DNA from: Macrostomum lignano
Taxonomy: Eukaryota
DNA length: 64,000 bases
Direction of reading: 5' to 3'
Assembly: GCA_002269645.1 (NCBI GenBank)
Contig: NIVC01000173.1
Location: 496,001 to 560,000, forward strand
A model generated the notes under the pieces. That model ran no database searches and was not told the origin of the DNA. It saw only the letters and a list, made by a program, of their open reading frames with translations. How positions within the stretch are numbered: the stretch's first letter is position 1; each line of letters starts with the position of its first letter. Of the stretch, positions 62,005 to 64,000 are shown in pieces. The position numbers and the translations under genes were made by a program.

Positions 62005-64000
62005 ATGGAAGATTCAGACAGCAAAAGCAAGCAGTCAGCCAAAGAGTGCCGCAAGAGGAAGAAGCTGAGATACCAGACTCTTGAAGCAATCGCTCAACGA
62101 GAGGAGGTGGCCATAGCCGTGCTCTATCAGGAACTGGAGCAGGTGAGGAATTCTACTGAAGGAAGATCTCTATTTTACTTCCAGTAGTAAAAGCTGTCGA
62201 GAATAAACCTTTCACACAAAAATGCATTGAAAAAACATTGGAAAATCAATGTCGCTTTGCATTAAACTTTTTCCTGTCGCAAATTTTCATTAATAAACTC
62301 GATAAACTGCTGAGAACACCTCAGATCAAGCAGCTTACATGTAAACACTTCAAATTGTCCTTAGGAATTCTGGAAGGCGAGCATTTTATTAAGTAGTTCC
62401 GACAAAACAGTGCTAATGTAATGTTTCTTTTCATAGGGGCTTTAGCACCAGGAGCTTTAGCACCAGGGTCTTTAGCACCAGTGACTTTAGCACCAGGGGC
62501 TTTAGCACCAGTGACTTTAGCACCAGTGACTTTAGCACCAGGGACTTTAGCACCAGGGACTTTAGCACCAGGGACTTTAGCACCAGGGGCTTTAGCACCA
62601 GGGGCTTTAGCACCAGGGGCTTTAGCACCAGGGGCTTTAGCACCAGGGACTTTAGCACCAGGGGCTTTAGCACCAGTGACTTTAGCACCAGTGACTTTAG
62701 CACCAGGGGCTTTAGCACCAGGGACTTTAGCAACAGGGGCTTTAGTACCAGTGGATTTAGCACCAGTGACTTTAGCACCAGTGACTTTAGCACCAGGGGC
62801 TTTAGCACCAGAGACTTTAGCACCAGGGACTTTAGCACCAGGGGCTTTAGTACCAGGGGCTTTAGCACCAGGGGCTTTAGCACCAAGGGGCTTTAGCACC
62901 AGGGGCTTTAGCATCAGGGGCTTTAGCACCAGGGGCTTTAGCACCAGGGACTTTAGCACCAGGGGCTTTAGCCAGTAGGGGCGCCACTGTGTTTCTGGGC
63001 AAAAGACAGGCATAAATGCCACTTTAAGCACACATTAACCCCCCCCCCCGACCCTACACCAGATGAAGTTGCTATTCGAGCAGCTGGATCGCGGCGAAGT
63101 CACACTGGCCGAAGCCCGTCTCCGAGTGACGCACCTGCGCAGAAAGGCCCCGCCAGGCTCCAAATCATTTGTGGCGCCGTTGGATTCGGAGGCGGCGCAG
63201 CCGTCGAAGAAACCGCAAGCACCACCGAGGCAGTGTCGGCCGGCATCGAAACGCCGCCGATATCCGAACGCGCCAATCCGTCAGGATGCGCCAGTTGAAG
63301 GTCATCAGTCGGGTGTTGATTGTACATCTTCTACTGCTGATGATGGGGCATTTGCCGGCTTTCAGCAGCCAGTGATCTTGGCGGATGCAACTGCGGAACA
63401 GATGTACCATGCAACAGATCAGCTGATTCCCACTGGAAGGTATGAGAGTACTCGTAATTCACAGAGAGTGTACATGCCTGACGATTAGAAAGTCAGGGCT
63501 GCTGTACACTCATGTGTGAGCGTGTGTATGAGTGTGTGCTTGAGTAAAGTATAGGCCGTCAGCTCTGGTTGTCGGACGATATGTCGCCGAGAAATCAGAT
63601 GCACTGATTTTATTATTGCATATACTTCTATTTCCATTGTTTTCCTCCAATCCGCATGTAAATTATAACCGCTGCATTTCGCTACAAAAATACCGCTTTA
63701 CAGGTGCTCTGCAGGTGCTGCGCAGGAATGTGAGCAGCAACTACAACTGGACCAGGCTCAACTACATTCAGGCTCAGATTGCATTAGCAGAAGTAGCTTA
63801 GTGTCTGACTGCAAAGCCTATCAGCATCTGTACCACGATACGTCATTTCATTGGTACTCGGACTCTCACTATCACCATCAGGCTCAGGAGCCGCCAATGG
63901 CGTACTCACAAACTACATGTACTCTGTACCAGCACCAGCTTCAGTACCCACAGCAGCAGCAGCAGCAGCAGCAGCATCCGCCGGAGTTCAACTACCATCA
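62005..64000 (+). CDS. CREBL2: CREBL2/REPTOR-BP-like bZIP protein, 3'-partial (exons 62005-62142, 63063-63439, 63704->64000)
   Basis: MEDS..SKQSAKECRKRKKLRYQTLE...AI..L..ELEQ|MK....LDRG matches CREBL2 (RQSARECRARKKLRYQYLEE...ELE..MDQG). Junction phases 0 and 2 are compatible, and the frame stays open with polyQ to the window end. Confidence 0.82.
62436..62972. repeat. 15-bp minisatellite (tttagcaccaggggc), about 36 copies, in the CREBL2 intron
   Basis: Seen directly, with gtgac/gggac variants. Confidence 0.96.

Noticed and set aside
60896-63031. ORFs (SSFIPPL)n, (MKEDRGG)n, (APGAK)n and (LAPGA)n
   Set aside because: Read-throughs of the 21-bp and 15-bp arrays.

Overview
Eukaryotic (metazoan invertebrate) genomic DNA with GT-AG introns, so the six-frame ORFs are mostly exon fragments or repeat read-throughs. 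The overall style resembles the flatworm Macrostomum, but that is inference only. From left to right: (1) the 3' part of an otopetrin gene (+, 1-2209); (2) a ~31 kb tandem cluster on the minus strand of six 4-exon SSUH2-like genes plus one orphan duplicated last exon (3211-34122), interspersed with RTE-LINE, Gypsy-like and Crypton-like remnants, SINEs and minisatellites; (3) CHMP2A (ESCRT-III, -, 35952-37816); (4) a non-coding interval with hAT and Harbinger MITEs; (5) an N4BP1/KHNYN-like KH-NYN-CUBAN ribonuclease gene (+, 46169-52039) whose four introns each hold a different tandem repeat; (6) a repeat-dense zone (52-62 kb) with possible unidentified micro-exons; (7) the start of a CREBL2-like bZIP gene (+, 62005 to the end). 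The most interesting signals are in the SSUH2 cluster: a 62-nt block identical in six last-exon copies, a near-identical orphan last exon, hypervariable first exons, a frameshifted copy, and P(S/T)AP + PPxY + CaaX motifs beside an ESCRT-III gene. The NYN ribonuclease also has an altered active site. All exon coordinates and alignments were read by eye.
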